DNA of 64,000 nt from Candidatus Latescibacterota bacterium (GCA_965243025.1 CBDETY010000003.1:1056001-1120000), one strand, 5' to 3'. Numbered from the stretch's first letter, positions 37,439 through 48,244 are shown. Notes: generated from the letters alone by a model not told the origin. Program-made: numbers and translations.

Positions 37439-39109
37439 TCATTCCAGGGGAAAGAAGATCGACTTCCTGCGCCAGACCTTGAGGCTCTCGAGCCGGGCCC
37501 GGCCCCCCAGCGCGAACAGCCCGGCCCCGAGGCTGTCCTCCCGGGCGGGGTAGAGACGGTCGCTGGCGCAGGCGCGCCGGTTGGCGAACACCTCGAGTGT
37601 GGAGCGGTCGAGGAAGAGGTGCAGCCGGAGCCGCTCTCCCGGCTCGAGGTCGAGCGGGGCGGCGCTGACCGTGCGGCCGGTGTCCGGCTCCAGGCTCGAT
37701 TTCGTCGTGTCGACTCCCAGCACCGCTTCCCCGCGGTCGTAGCGGACGACGGTTTCCTCCTCGCCGCCGGGGGAGCGCCGCAGCTGCAGCCCCACCTCCC
37801 GGGCCCCGCCCGGATCGATCTCCGCGGCCATTTCGAGGCAGTCCCCCTGGACCGGGGCCAGCGCCAGCGGGCGGTCGGGGGCCAGCTCTTCCCCGGCGAA
37901 CTCCCAGTCCGGCTCGCCGCTCGAGCAGACCTCCGGCGCCGGGTCCATGAGCAGGCGGTCCCCCTCGCCGAGCTCCAGAACCCGGGGCAGGGAGAGGACC
38001 CCGGCCCAGCCGTGCGGGTTGCCGGCGACCAGCCGCCGCTCCGCCAGCACCCCGAACAAAATGCGGCGGCCCGCCGGATCGAGCAGGGTGCGGGCGCAGT
38101 GGAAGCAGGCCATCGGGTGGGTGTCGAGGAACCCCTCGGACTCCGGGGTGAAGCGGTGGCCGCGGTACTCCCCGACCATGTAGACTGCCTTGCCGGAGCG
38201 GCCGCGCGAAGTCGCCGCGGCGAGCAGCACGTGCCTGTCCCCGAGCGGGAAGAAGTCCGGCACCAGCCAGCGGTTGTACTCCGGGTCGGAGCCGACGCAC
38301 AAGGGGTGCATGTACTCCCAGGAGATCAGGTCGGGGGAGCGGTAGAGAAGCACGGCGCCGCCGACCCCGAGGAAACCGCAACCGAGCCCCATGTACCAGG
38401 TCTCTCCCTCCCGCCACACGTGGGGGTCGTGCCAGGCGGTGAGCTGGCCGCGGGTTTCGTCCTCCTCGACGGCGTCGAGCCGGCGCCCGTCGATGGCGCG
38501 GTCCTGCCCCTCCTGTTCCAGCCACCGCCGCGGTGAGGGGAGCACCCCCTCGGTCCAGACCGGGGCTTCCGGGCGCTGCGAGGGATCGGCAAGCCCGGGC
38601 GGGGGATGGGGGATCACGGGATTGGCAGGGTGCTTGTGCCAGGTCAGCATGCCGTCGTCGCTGGTGGCGATGCACTGCGACCTGCCCAGCATCACCGGCG
38701 CGTCCTGCAGGCCGTGAAGGATGCCGGTGTAGACGAGGGTGGGGACGCCGCGGTCGATCACCGCCGAGCCGCTGAAGCAGACCTCGCGGTCGTAGAGAAT
38801 GGGAGGAATGCCCGAGCGGTCCAGGCTCCTGACCAGGTCGGAGCGGGCGAAGGCGGCGTAGTAACCGGCGCCGAACGGGGTCGGTCCGATGGCGACCGGG
38901 CGGTGCTCCCAGTGCACGAGGTCGCGGCTGACCGCATGCCCCCAGGAGGCGTTGCCCGAGGTCGAGCCCATGTAGGGGTCGAACTGGTAGAAGACGTGGT
39001 ACTGGCCGTCGTGGTGGATGGTCCCGTCCGGACCGCCGCCCCACCACCCGAGGGGGGGCGAGAAATGGTAGAGCGGGCGATGGGGGTCGATCGACCTGTC
39101 GAAGTTCAT
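37439..39109 (-). CDS. Glycoside hydrolase family 32-like protein with degenerate catalytic motifs
   Basis: P.YHF.PP.GW, YHVFYQ, WGHAVSRDLVHW, FSGSA, SLPR.L, FLDRS.LEVFAN. Confidence 0.88.
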   Translation of the reverse strand: MNFDRSIDPHRPLYHFSPPLGWWGGGPDGTIHHDGQYHVFYQFDPYMGSTSGNASWGHAVSRDLVHWEHRPVAIGPTPFGAGYYAAFARSDLVRSLDRSGIPPILYDREVCFSGSAVIDRGVPTLVYTGILHGLQDAPVMLGRSQCIATSDDGMLTWHKHPANPVIPHPPPGLADPSQRPEAPVWTEGVLPSPRRWLEQEGQDRAIDGRRLDAVEEDETRGQLTAWHDPHVWREGETWYMGLGCGFLGVGGAVLLYRSPDLISWEYMHPLCVGSDPEYNRWLVPDFFPLGDRHVLLAAATSRGRSGKAVYMVGEYRGHRFTPESEGFLDTHPMACFHCARTLLDPAGRRILFGVLAERRLVAGNPHGWAGVLSLPRVLELGEGDRLLMDPAPEVCSSGEPDWEFAGEELAPDRPLALAPVQGDCLEMAAEIDPGGAREVGLQLRRSPGGEEETVVRYDRGEAVLGVDTTKSSLEPDTGRTVSAAPLDLEPGERLRLHLFLDRSTLEVFANRRACASDRLYPAREDSLGAGLFALGGRARLESLKVWRRKSIFFPLE

Positions 39110-39412
39110 TTCCCGGGGAATCTACGGATTTCGGGGTCGCCGGAGACCGGGCTTGACCCGGCCCCGGCGGGGCGGCACTGTAACCGCCATGGTTGGTCAA
39201 GCAATTCCGGTACGGCAATTCCCGAGGGCCCGGGGATCCTCCCCGGGCGGGGTACCGCACGTGTCCGGGGGCTCGGGGATCCCTGCCGGAACAGGGCAAG
39301 GGGGCAGGCAGGGAACCGCCCTGGCCGGTCCTGGGCCCTCGACGAGTCCTGTCCCGGAATGGCGGGGGCAGACTGAGGGACCTTGCCCGGACCCGCGAGG
39401 GGAGCGGGGGGC

Positions 39413-40147
39413 GTGAAGGCGCTCCTGGCTGCGGCGCCGCTTGTTCTCGCCGCATCGCTGCTCCGGTGCGGGCCTTCCGAGTCGGCCGCCAGCCATTACG
39501 AGCGCGGGCAGGCCCACCTCCGCGCCGGCAGGTACCTCGAGGCGGCCGGGGAGTACCGGCGCGCCGTCGAGCTGGAGCCGGGGTTTGCGAGGGCCCACGC
39601 CAAGCTCGGCCTCAGCCACGCCCTGCGGCTGGAGCTCGGCGAGGCGCTGGAGTCGATCCGCATGGCCATTTCCCTCGAGCCGGACAACGGCTTTTTCCAC
39701 ATGTACCTGGGGAAAGTCCACATGCTGCAGGCGGACGGCGACCGCGCGGAAAGGGCCTACAAACGGGCGATAGAGCTCGGTCTTCGCAGGGCCAAGCCGT
39801 ACTTCGACCTCGGGGTGATCAGCGAGCGCCGCAACCTCCTCGACGAGGCGGAGCGCTACTACAGCCAGGCGATCGAGGTCGTTCCCGACTTCGGATCCTC
39901 GTACTACCGCCTCGGACTGATCTCGGAAAAGCGGGGGGACGTCCAGCGCGCCGCCAGGCTGTACGCCCAGGCGCTGAAGCTGTCCCCGGGAAACGACTCC
40001 GCCCACTACCGGCTGGGGCGGCTGCTGATCGCGCAGGGGAAGGCGGAGGAGGGTGCCCGGCATCTCGAGCTGTTCCGCAAACTGAAGGCGGACGGACACC
40101 CTGCGCCGGATCAGTCGAAGGCGACCAGCGTCGCCTCCTCTCCCTGA
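39413..40147 (+). CDS. TPR-repeat (lipo)protein
   Basis: Signal/lipobox-like N-terminus; about six 34-aa TPR units (A..LEP..A.AH..LG). Confidence 0.85.
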   Translation: MKALLAAAPLVLAASLLRCGPSESAASHYERGQAHLRAGRYLEAAGEYRRAVELEPGFARAHAKLGLSHALRLELGEALESIRMAISLEPDNGFFHMYLGKVHMLQADGDRAERAYKRAIELGLRRAKPYFDLGVISERRNLLDEAERYYSQAIEVVPDFGSSYYRLGLISEKRGDVQRAARLYAQALKLSPGNDSAHYRLGRLLIAQGKAEEGARHLELFRKLKADGHPAPDQSKATSVASSP

Positions 40148-40188
40148 CGGACCTTGACCAGGCGGTTGGCCGGCAGGCCGCGCAGCCT

Positions 40189-41007
40189 CTAAGCCCAGGC
40201 TGCGCGGGCACGGAAGAACGCCACCTCCCGTTCGAGGGCCGCCCTGAACCCGTCCCCCGGGATCTCGAACTCGCAGTGGATGGACATCGGGCCGTCGAAC
40301 CCGAGGCGGTCCAGCTCCGCGAAGACCCCCGTCCAGTCGACCATGCCGCCCCCAGCCTCCACCCAGCGCACCTGCACGCTGCCGTGGCCGTTCCGTTCTC
40401 CCCGCTCCAGCAGGGCGTCCTTCAGACCGAGGATCGACAGGTGCTCCCCGACGATGGCGGTCGCCGTCGGGAACTCCTCCCCTTCGACCACGAGGTGGCA
40501 GGGGTCGAGGTAAACCCCTATGTGCCGCGGGTCGAAGCCGCGCACGAGATGGGCCATCATGCCGGCGTTGAGGCCCATGCAGCCGTGCGAGTGGGTGTGG
40601 TGGCAGACCTTGACCCGGTGCTTCTCCGCCAGCCGGCTCCAGCCGTCGAAGGCGGTTCTGATGCGGTCGACCTCGCTCCAGTAATCCTGCGACAGCGGAT
40701 CGAACTTGAAGTAGCCGAGTTTCAGCAGGCGGACGTTGGCGGCGTCCATCGCCCCGAGGATCGGCTCGGCGGTTTCGTCATCGGGCAGCAGCAGGTCGAA
40801 GTTGCCGGTGACCATCGGCACGGCGAGCCCGGCCCCGCCCAGGGCGCGCACCGCGCCGACAAGCACGGCGGCGGCGTTGTCCGGGTTGATCGGGTACTCC
40901 GGGCGCACGCAGAGGTCGTACCCCTCGAGGCCGAGCTCGTGGGCGAGGTCGATCAACTGCGGAACGTTGTGGTCCTTGACGCTCTTGGTGAACATCACGA
41001 CGGCCAT
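40189..41007 (-). CDS. Sugar phosphate isomerase/epimerase
   Basis: GYDLCVRP, HTHS, YLDPCH, LKD, G.VDW, GFDGPMSIHCE. Confidence 0.85.
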   Translation of the reverse strand: MAVVMFTKSVKDHNVPQLIDLAHELGLEGYDLCVRPEYPINPDNAAAVLVGAVRALGGAGLAVPMVTGNFDLLLPDDETAEPILGAMDAANVRLLKLGYFKFDPLSQDYWSEVDRIRTAFDGWSRLAEKHRVKVCHHTHSHGCMGLNAGMMAHLVRGFDPRHIGVYLDPCHLVVEGEEFPTATAIVGEHLSILGLKDALLERGERNGHGSVQVRWVEAGGGMVDWTGVFAELDRLGFDGPMSIHCEFEIPGDGFRAALEREVAFFRARAAWA

Positions 41008-41032
41008 GGGATTCCTTTCGATTCCTTTCGTG

Positions 41033-41752
41033 TCACAGCCCTGCGGGCATCAGCATGAGCTCGGGAACCCTGGCCCGCGGCGGCAGCGAGGCGACGAACA
41101 GGCAGGCCTCGGCGACGTCTTCGGGCTGCAGGGCCCTGGCCAGCACCTCGGGCGGGGTCGGCGCCGGCCGCTTGTCGACCAGCGGCGTGTCGGTCAGGCC
41201 GGGGAAGATGACGGTGGTGCGGATGCCGTTCTCCCGCTCCTCCTGGAAGGTGCCGTGCGCCAGGCCGACGAGTCCGTGCTTCGCCGCTTGGTACGAGACT
41301 CCGGACAGATCGGGGATCTGCACGCAGGCGCTGCCGACGTAGAGGATCAGTCCGGCCCCCTGCGAGCGCATGACCGGCAGCACCGCCCGGGTGCAGTGGA
41401 AGGCACCGCTGAGGTTCGTCGCCACCATCATGTCCCAGGTCTCGGGGGTGAGCACCTCGAGGCCGCGTTCGGGAATGTTGGTTCCGGCCGCGTAGACGAG
41501 GAGGTCGATGCGGCCGAAGCGCTCCACCGAGGCGGCGGCCAGGCGCTCGAGCGAGTCCGGGTCCTCGACGTCGGCCCGGAACGCCAGGGCCCCCGCCCCG
41601 ATTTCCGTGGCCAGTTCCCGAAGTTGGTCGCCGCTGCGCGCCGCCACCACCACCCTCGCCCCGGCCCCCGCCAGGGAAAGGGCGGTCTGCTTCCCCATGC
41701 CGCTGCTGGCGCCGACGACGACGGCGACCTGGTCCTTCAGTGCCTCACTCAC
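41033..41752 (-). CDS. Short-chain dehydrogenase/reductase
   Basis: VGASSGMG, YQAAKHG, PG..DT; GAGGAGG RBS before GTG. Confidence 0.9.
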   Translation of the reverse strand: MSEALKDQVAVVVGASSGMGKQTALSLAGAGARVVVAARSGDQLRELATEIGAGALAFRADVEDPDSLERLAAASVERFGRIDLLVYAAGTNIPERGLEVLTPETWDMMVATNLSGAFHCTRAVLPVMRSQGAGLILYVGSACVQIPDLSGVSYQAAKHGLVGLAHGTFQEERENGIRTTVIFPGLTDTPLVDKRPAPTPPEVLARALQPEDVAEACLFVASLPPRARVPELMLMPAGL

Positions 41753-42018
41753 GGGAAACCTCCTCATTCAGTGTTTGAGCGGTCAGTTGGAAACTACATC
41801 CGGGTTCCGCACTCCAGGCAAACGATTTCCCGCCTCGAAAATCCACTGTCACCGACGAGCCGACCCGGGAGTCCTGCCGCGGGAGTTGAGGGCCGCTGGG
41901 GGGAGGCTGTCCCGAAGTCGAAATCGGTTTTTTTTGCACTCTGCTCCGCCAGCCCTTCCTTTCTTGACGCACCTGACGATCTGCCCCGAAAACCTCCCGC
42001 ACACTGAAAACTGGTCCG

Positions 42019-43995
42019 ATGGTATTTCCCGGGTTCTGCATAGCATTCGCCGGAATGGCGATTACCCTCGGTCTGATGCAACCGGCCGGAGGGACGAAGG
42101 CCCCTGGCGCAGCCGCGGCCGGGGGAATCTCCGGGGATGCCTGGCCGCGGAGCTGGTTCGAGCCGCCGCGGACGGCATCGGAGATCGGTATCGAAAGTTT
42201 CCGGCAGTCCCCGCTGCTCGACGCCGAAGTGGCCTCCGGAGAGCTGCCCCCGGTCGAGGAGCGGCTCCCCGAGGATCCGATAGTCGCCGAGCCGTACGGC
42301 GGCATCGGCCGCTACGGGGGAACGGCCTCGATTTTCGACCCGGGCACCTGGATCCTCAACCCGACCGAGGGGCCGTACCGGGTCGGGCCGCAGCTGCGCC
42401 GCAACCTTCCGAACTTCGCCGCGAGCGCCGGGTTCAGCGACGGCGGGCGCACCGTGACCATCACCCTGCGCAAGGGGGTCAGGTGGTCGGACGGGCATCC
42501 GCTGACCGCCGCCGACTTCGCCTTCGACCTCGAGCACATAGAGCTGAACACCGACCTGACTCCCGTGGTGATGCCCAGGTTCAAGGGGGCGAGGATCGAG
42601 GTCCACGGCCCCCACAGGTTCAGCTACCACTTCCCGACGCCGCGGCCCCTGCTGCTCAAGTACATGGCCCACAGCGGCGAACGCCTGCTGGCGCCGGCGC
42701 ACTTCCTGAAGCGCTATCACCCGGCCTTCACCGACACGGCGCAGCTCGAGCGCGAGGCGGTGGAGCAGGGGCTGCAGGACTGGCGCAAGTACTTCGAGGT
42801 GGTCAACAACATCCACGACCTCAAGGTCTTCCACCGCCCCGTCTTCTCGGCCTTCGCCGTCGTCAGCAAGACCTCGACCCGCTCCCGCTACCGGCGCAAC
42901 CCCTACTACTTCAAGGTCGATCCCGAGGGCAACCAGCTTCCCTACATCGACTTCCTCGAGGTGCAGAAGGTCGACAGCAAGGAGATCATGGCGGCCAAGG
43001 CATCGACCGGACAGGTGACGGTGGCCGGGCGCCAGCTGATGACGGCCGACATCCCGCTGTTCAAGCGCTACGAGGAGGAGAACGGGTACACGACCTACAT
43101 CTGGCCGCGCTGCTACGGTTCCGACGTCGTCTTCCAGCTCAACGTCACCCACCCGGAGGAACGCCTGCGCCGGATCTTCGCCGACGCGCGCTTCCGCCGC
43201 GCCATGTCGCTGGCCATCGACCGCGGCGAGATCAACGACATCCTCTATTTCGGGCAGGCGGTGCCGCGGCAGCTGACCGTCGTCCCCTCGAGCGAGTACT
43301 TCGAGCCCGCCTTCGCCGAGGCCTGGGCGTCCCACGACCCGGAGAGGGCGGGGGCCCTGTTCGACGAGACCGGGGTGCGCGACCGCGACGGGGACGGCTA
43401 CCGCGAGGGGCCGGACGGCGAGCCGCTGCACATCACTCTCGAGTACAGCCTCGGCGAGACCCCCAAGCAGAACACCGTCGAGCTGGCGGTCGCCCACTGG
43501 CGCGAGGCCGGCATCCGCGTCGGCAGCAAGCAGATCAGCGGCGCCCTGCTGTCGATCCGGGCAACGGCCGGGCTCATGGACATGACCTTGTGGCACGCCG
43601 ACCGCCAGGCGGACATCCTGTTCCCCATCGAGCCGTTCTGGTTCGTGCCGATGCACATCGGCCAGGAGCAGGGGGTGTGGTCGAAGTGGTCGCGGTGGTA
43701 CCTGTCGCGCGGCCAGCTCGGATGGGAACCCTCCCCGGAAGGAAAGCAGCTTCTGACCTGGTGGGAGCGGCTGAGAAGGACATCCGACGAGGAGGAGCGC
43801 CGCGAGATGGCCCGCAGGATCCTCGCCAGCCAGGCGGAGAACGTCTGGGGGATCGGGGTCGCGGGGCTCGCGCCCCACCCGGTGATCGTCCACGACGACC
43901 TCAAGAACGTGCCGGACAAGGGTTACTGGGGCTGGGACTCGCGCTGGTCCTGGCCCTACTACCCCGAGACCTGGTACCTCGACCCGGAGGGTTGA
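42019..43995 (+). CDS. ABC transporter substrate-binding protein, family 5 (Opp/Dpp type)
   Basis: G.LPPVEERLP..P, LRKGVRWSDG.P.TA.D, RNPYYFKVD..GNQLPYID. Confidence 0.92.
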   Translation: MVFPGFCIAFAGMAITLGLMQPAGGTKAPGAAAAGGISGDAWPRSWFEPPRTASEIGIESFRQSPLLDAEVASGELPPVEERLPEDPIVAEPYGGIGRYGGTASIFDPGTWILNPTEGPYRVGPQLRRNLPNFAASAGFSDGGRTVTITLRKGVRWSDGHPLTAADFAFDLEHIELNTDLTPVVMPRFKGARIEVHGPHRFSYHFPTPRPLLLKYMAHSGERLLAPAHFLKRYHPAFTDTAQLEREAVEQGLQDWRKYFEVVNNIHDLKVFHRPVFSAFAVVSKTSTRSRYRRNPYYFKVDPEGNQLPYIDFLEVQKVDSKEIMAAKASTGQVTVAGRQLMTADIPLFKRYEEENGYTTYIWPRCYGSDVVFQLNVTHPEERLRRIFADARFRRAMSLAIDRGEINDILYFGQAVPRQLTVVPSSEYFEPAFAEAWASHDPERAGALFDETGVRDRDGDGYREGPDGEPLHITLEYSLGETPKQNTVELAVAHWREAGIRVGSKQISGALLSIRATAGLMDMTLWHADRQADILFPIEPFWFVPMHIGQEQGVWSKWSRWYLSRGQLGWEPSPEGKQLLTWWERLRRTSDEEERREMARRILASQAENVWGIGVAGLAPHPVIVHDDLKNVPDKGYWGWDSRWSWPYYPETWYLDPEG

Positions 43996-43999
43996 CGCT

Positions 44000-44983
44000 G
44001 TGACCGGCTACATCATCAGGCGCCTGCTGCTGATGATCCCGACGCTGCTGGTGATCTCGGTGCTGGTGTTCGTCATCATCCAGCTGCCCCCGGGCGACAT
44101 CATCACCTCGCGGCTGTCCGAGCTGCAGCAGCAGGGTCAGGACGTCTCCGAAGAGGCGGTCGCCGCCCTGCGCGAGCGCTACCACCTCAACGATCCGCTG
44201 CCGGTCCAGTACTGGCGCTGGATCACCGGCTTCGTCCGCGGCGACATGGGGTACTCGGTCATGTACGGGCAGTCGGTGGGCACCCTGGTCTGGGAACGGC
44301 TCGGCTACACCCTGGTGCTGACCCTCTCGGCGACCCTGTTCACCTGGCTGGTCGCCTTTCCCGTCGGGGTGCTGTCGGCGCTGCGCCAGTACTCCGCCTT
44401 CGACTACGCCGCCACGGTGCTCGCCTTCCTCGGGCTGGCGACCCCGAACTTCCTGCTCGCCCTGGTGCTGATGTACATCGGCTACGACTGGTTCGGGATC
44501 GCCATCGGCGGGCTGTTCTCACCGGAGTACGCCTCGGCTCCCTGGAGCGGGGCCAAGCTCGCCGACCTGCTGTCGCACCTGTGGATCCCGGCGGTCGTTC
44601 TCGGCACCGCGGGCATGGCGGGCCTGATGCGCGTCATGCGCGCCAACCTCCTCGACGAGCTGGGCAAGCCCTACGTGACCACCGCCCTTGCCAAGGGGCT
44701 GAGCCCCGGGCGGCTGGTGGTGAAGTACCCGATGCGCATCGCCGTCAACCCCTTCATCAGCACGGTCGGCTGGATGCTGCCGCACCTGCTGTCCGGGGCG
44801 GCGATCACCAGCGTCGTCCTCAGCCTGCCGACCACCGGACCGCTGCTCCTCGAGTCGCTCAAGAACCAGGACATGTACCTCGCCGGCAGCTTCCTGATGA
44901 TGCTCAGCACCCTGACCGTGATCGGCACCCTGATCTCCGACATCCTGCTGGCCGCCGTCGACCCGAGGATCCGCTACGAATGA
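44000..44983 (+). CDS. Opp/Dpp-type ABC permease
   Basis: YIIRRLL, LPPGD, PYVTTALAKGL, DPRIRY. Confidence 0.93.
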   Translation: MTGYIIRRLLLMIPTLLVISVLVFVIIQLPPGDIITSRLSELQQQGQDVSEEAVAALRERYHLNDPLPVQYWRWITGFVRGDMGYSVMYGQSVGTLVWERLGYTLVLTLSATLFTWLVAFPVGVLSALRQYSAFDYAATVLAFLGLATPNFLLALVLMYIGYDWFGIAIGGLFSPEYASAPWSGAKLADLLSHLWIPAVVLGTAGMAGLMRVMRANLLDELGKPYVTTALAKGLSPGRLVVKYPMRIAVNPFISTVGWMLPHLLSGAAITSVVLSLPTTGPLLLESLKNQDMYLAGSFLMMLSTLTVIGTLISDILLAAVDPRIRYE

Positions 44984-46116
44984 GCGATCCGGCGACCACT
45001 GCCGCTCCATCCCCCGGGGCTTCCGCCGGAGCGGAGCAGGATCTCTCCTTCGCCTCGCAGTGGAGGCTGATGTGGCTGCGCTTCCGCCGCCACCGGCTGG
45101 CCCTGGCCGGAAGCGCCGTCCTGCTGGCCCTGTACTTCGCCGCGGCCTTCTGCGAGTTCCTGGCGCCGCTGCCCCCGGACCGGCGCCACGCCGGCTACGT
45201 GCAGTGCCCGCCGCAGAAGATCCGCTTCTTCGATGCGGACGGATCCTTCCACCTGCGGCCGTTCGTCTACGGCCTCAGGAGCGAAGCGGTGGACGACTGG
45301 CAGCGCAGCTACGTGCCCGATACCGGGGTCGTCTACCCGCTGCGCCTGTTCGCATCGGGGCCGGAGTACGAGATGTGGGGGCTGTTCCGCGCCGACCTGC
45401 ACCTGTTCGCCGCCGCCGACGGGGCGCCGCTGTTCCTGTTCGGCACCGACGACCTCGGACGCGACCTGTTCAGCCGCATCCTCTACGGGGCCCGCATCTC
45501 CCTGACCATCGGGCTCGTCGGGGTGGCGCTGACCTTCTTCATCGGCATCCTCCTCGGCGGCCTCGCCGGGTACTTCGGGGGCTGGCCCGACATCCTCGTG
45601 CAGCGCTGCATCGAGATCCTGATGAGCATTCCGCAGCTGCCGCTGTGGATGGCCCTGAGCGCGGCGCTGCCGGCGCACTGGCCGCCGCTGGGCACCTACT
45701 TCGGCATCACCCTCATCCTCTCGCTGATGGGCTGGACCGGTCTGGCCCGGGTGGTGCGCGGCCGCTTCCTGTCGCTGCGGGACGAGGATTTCGTCGTCGC
45801 CGCCCGCCTGTCGGGGACCGGTGAGCTCGGCATCATCTTCCGGCACCTGCTGCCCTCGTTCCTCAGCCACGTCATCACCTCGGCGACCCTGGCGGTGCCG
45901 GGGATGATCCTCGGGGAGACGGCGCTGAGCTTTCTCGGGATAGGGCTGCGCTCCCCGGTGGTGAGCTGGGGGGTGCTGCTGCAGACGGCGCAGAACTTCC
46001 AGGCCGTGGCGATGGCGCCGTGGCTGCTGCTGCCGGGGCTGTTCATCGTCGTCGCCGTGCTCGCTTTCAACCTCGTCGGGGACGGCATGCGGGATGCCGC
46101 CGACCCCTACAGCTGA
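44980..46116 (+). CDS. Opp/Dpp-type ABC permease
   Basis: GTDDLGRDLFSR, LSFLG.G, GDGMRDAADPY. Confidence 0.93.
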   Translation: MSDPATTAAPSPGASAGAEQDLSFASQWRLMWLRFRRHRLALAGSAVLLALYFAAAFCEFLAPLPPDRRHAGYVQCPPQKIRFFDADGSFHLRPFVYGLRSEAVDDWQRSYVPDTGVVYPLRLFASGPEYEMWGLFRADLHLFAAADGAPLFLFGTDDLGRDLFSRILYGARISLTIGLVGVALTFFIGILLGGLAGYFGGWPDILVQRCIEILMSIPQLPLWMALSAALPAHWPPLGTYFGITLILSLMGWTGLARVVRGRFLSLRDEDFVVAARLSGTGELGIIFRHLLPSFLSHVITSATLAVPGMILGETALSFLGIGLRSPVVSWGVLLQTAQNFQAVAMAPWLLLPGLFIVVAVLAFNLVGDGMRDAADPYS

Positions 46117-46120
46117 GGCG

Positions 46121-47194
46121 ATGGATTCCGACCGTTCTTCCGGCATGGCCGCCGGCCCCGGCCGCACGGCTTCCCGGGAGCCGCTGCTCGAGGTGCGCGG
46201 CCTCGAGGTCCGCATCGAGCGGGACACCGGGGTGGTGCGTCCCCTCAACGGCGTGAGCTTCCGCGTCGAGGAGGGGCAGTCGGTCGCCATCGTCGGGGAG
46301 AGCGGCTGCGGCAAGACCATGGCGGCCAACGCCCTGCTGCGCATTCTGCCGCGGTCCTCCGAGATCACCGGGGGAGAGATGCTGTTCCGCCCCGGGAAGG
46401 GAGAACCGGCCGTCGACCTGGCGCGGCTCGACCCGGGCGGCAGGCAGATGCGCGACATCCGCGGCGGCGGCATATCGATGATCTTCCAGGAGCCGATGAC
46501 GGCCTTCTCGCCCGTGCACACGGTGGGCAACCAGATCGCCGAGATGATCCGCCTGCACGACGGCGCCCTCGACGCGGAGCAGAGGGAGGAACGCGTGGTC
46601 GAGCTGCTCGACCGGGTGGGTATTCCGCAGCCCGCGGAGCGCGCCCGCGACTACCCGTTCCAGCTTTCGGGGGGGATGCGGCAGCGCGCCATGATCGCCA
46701 TGGCGCTGGCGAGCAGCCCGCGCCTGCTGATCGCCGACGAGCCGACCACCGCTCTCGACGTCACCGTGCAGGCCCGAGTGCTCAAGCTGATCGAGCGCAT
46801 GCAGCGGGAGCTCGACCTGGCGCTGATGCTGATCACCCACGACCTCGGGGTGGTCGCGCACACGGTGAGCTACGTGTACGTGATGTACCTCGGCCGCGTC
46901 GTCGAGGAGGGGCCGGTCGAGAGGATCTTCGATTCGCCGGCCCACCCGTACACCGCCGCCCTGCTGCGCTCGATACCGAACCTCGCCGCCAGGACCGAGA
47001 AGCTCGAGCCGATCGAGGGCAGCGTCCCCAGCGCCCATGCGCTGCCGCCGGGATGCCCCTTCCATCCCCGCTGCCGGGAGAAGGTGGGGGAGATCTGCGA
47101 GCGGGAAATGCCGGGGCGCGACGCGGTGCGGCCCGGCCATTTCGCCAGCTGTTTCAGGCTGTCCGGGGAGACCGGAGGAGGAGCCGGTGGCTGA
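46121..47194 (+). CDS. Opp/Dpp-type ABC ATPase
   Basis: GESGCGKT, LSGGMRQR, ADEPTTALD, C-terminal Cys motif. Confidence 0.94.
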   Translation: MDSDRSSGMAAGPGRTASREPLLEVRGLEVRIERDTGVVRPLNGVSFRVEEGQSVAIVGESGCGKTMAANALLRILPRSSEITGGEMLFRPGKGEPAVDLARLDPGGRQMRDIRGGGISMIFQEPMTAFSPVHTVGNQIAEMIRLHDGALDAEQREERVVELLDRVGIPQPAERARDYPFQLSGGMRQRAMIAMALASSPRLLIADEPTTALDVTVQARVLKLIERMQRELDLALMLITHDLGVVAHTVSYVYVMYLGRVVEEGPVERIFDSPAHPYTAALLRSIPNLAARTEKLEPIEGSVPSAHALPPGCPFHPRCREKVGEICEREMPGRDAVRPGHFASCFRLSGETGGGAGG

Positions 47195-48227
47195 GCTGTC
47201 GGAGGGGACCATTCTGCAGGTCGAGGGCCTCAGCAAGCATTTCCCGGTGCGGCGGGGGCTGCTGCGCCGTGTGGCGGGAACGGTGCGCGCTGTCGACGGG
47301 GTCAGCTTCCGCCTCGACGCCGGGCACACCCTGGGGCTGGTCGGGGAGAGCGGCTGCGGCAAGACAACTACCGGGCGCCTGATCCTGCGCGCCCTCGACC
47401 CGACCGCGGGCAGTATCCTCTTCCGGCGCCGCGAGGGAGAGGTGGTGGACCTCGCCCGGCTCGAGGGGCGGCAGATCAAGGAGGCGCGCCGCGACATCCA
47501 GATGATCTTCCAGGACCCGTACTCCTCCCTGAACCCCCGCATGCCGGTGATGGACCTGATCGCCGAGCCGCTCAGGGCGCGCGGCTGGGACCGCGGCCGC
47601 TGCGAGCGCCGCGTCGCCGAGCTGATGGAGCGGGTGGGGCTCGACCCGCGCTACATCCGCCGCTATCCCCACGCCTTCAGCGGCGGCCAGCGGCAGCGCA
47701 TCGGCATCGCCCGCGCCCTGGCGGTGAGCCCGTCTCTGATCGTCGCCGACGAGCCGGTCTCCGCCCTCGACGTCAGCGTGCAGGCGCAGATACTCAACCT
47801 GCTGCGGCAGCTGCAGCGGGACCTGAAGCTCACCCTGCTGTTCATCGCCCACGACCTCAGCGTGGTCCGCTACCTGTGCGACCGCGTCGCCGTGATGTAC
47901 CGGGGCCGCCTGGTGGAACAGGGGGAGACCGAGGCGCTGTTCACCAGACCACGGCATCCCTACACCGCGACGCTGCTGCACGCGGCGCCGCCCCCGGACC
48001 CGCACGCTCCCTGGATGGTCGCCGGGGAGGAGGAGGCCGATGCCGCGGGGGAACCGGGGGCTGCGGATGAGATGGAGGGTGGCTGCGCCTTCGCGCCCCG
48101 CTGCCGGTACCGCGCCGACCTGTGCGGGCGCCTGGAGCCGGCGCTCGAAGAGACCGGCAGCGAGCGCGGGGTGCCGCACGTCGCCGCCTGCCACCGCAAG
48201 GAAGAGATCGAGCTCGAGGGTCTGTAG
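47187..48227 (+). CDS. Opp/Dpp-type ABC ATPase
   Basis: GESGCGKT, FSGGQRQR, DEPVSALD. Confidence 0.94.
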   Translation: MAELSEGTILQVEGLSKHFPVRRGLLRRVAGTVRAVDGVSFRLDAGHTLGLVGESGCGKTTTGRLILRALDPTAGSILFRRREGEVVDLARLEGRQIKEARRDIQMIFQDPYSSLNPRMPVMDLIAEPLRARGWDRGRCERRVAELMERVGLDPRYIRRYPHAFSGGQRQRIGIARALAVSPSLIVADEPVSALDVSVQAQILNLLRQLQRDLKLTLLFIAHDLSVVRYLCDRVAVMYRGRLVEQGETEALFTRPRHPYTATLLHAAPPPDPHAPWMVAGEEEADAAGEPGAADEMEGGCAFAPRCRYRADLCGRLEPALEETGSERGVPHVAACHRKEEIELEGL

Positions 48228-48244
48228 CTGCAGGGGCGGTCAGG

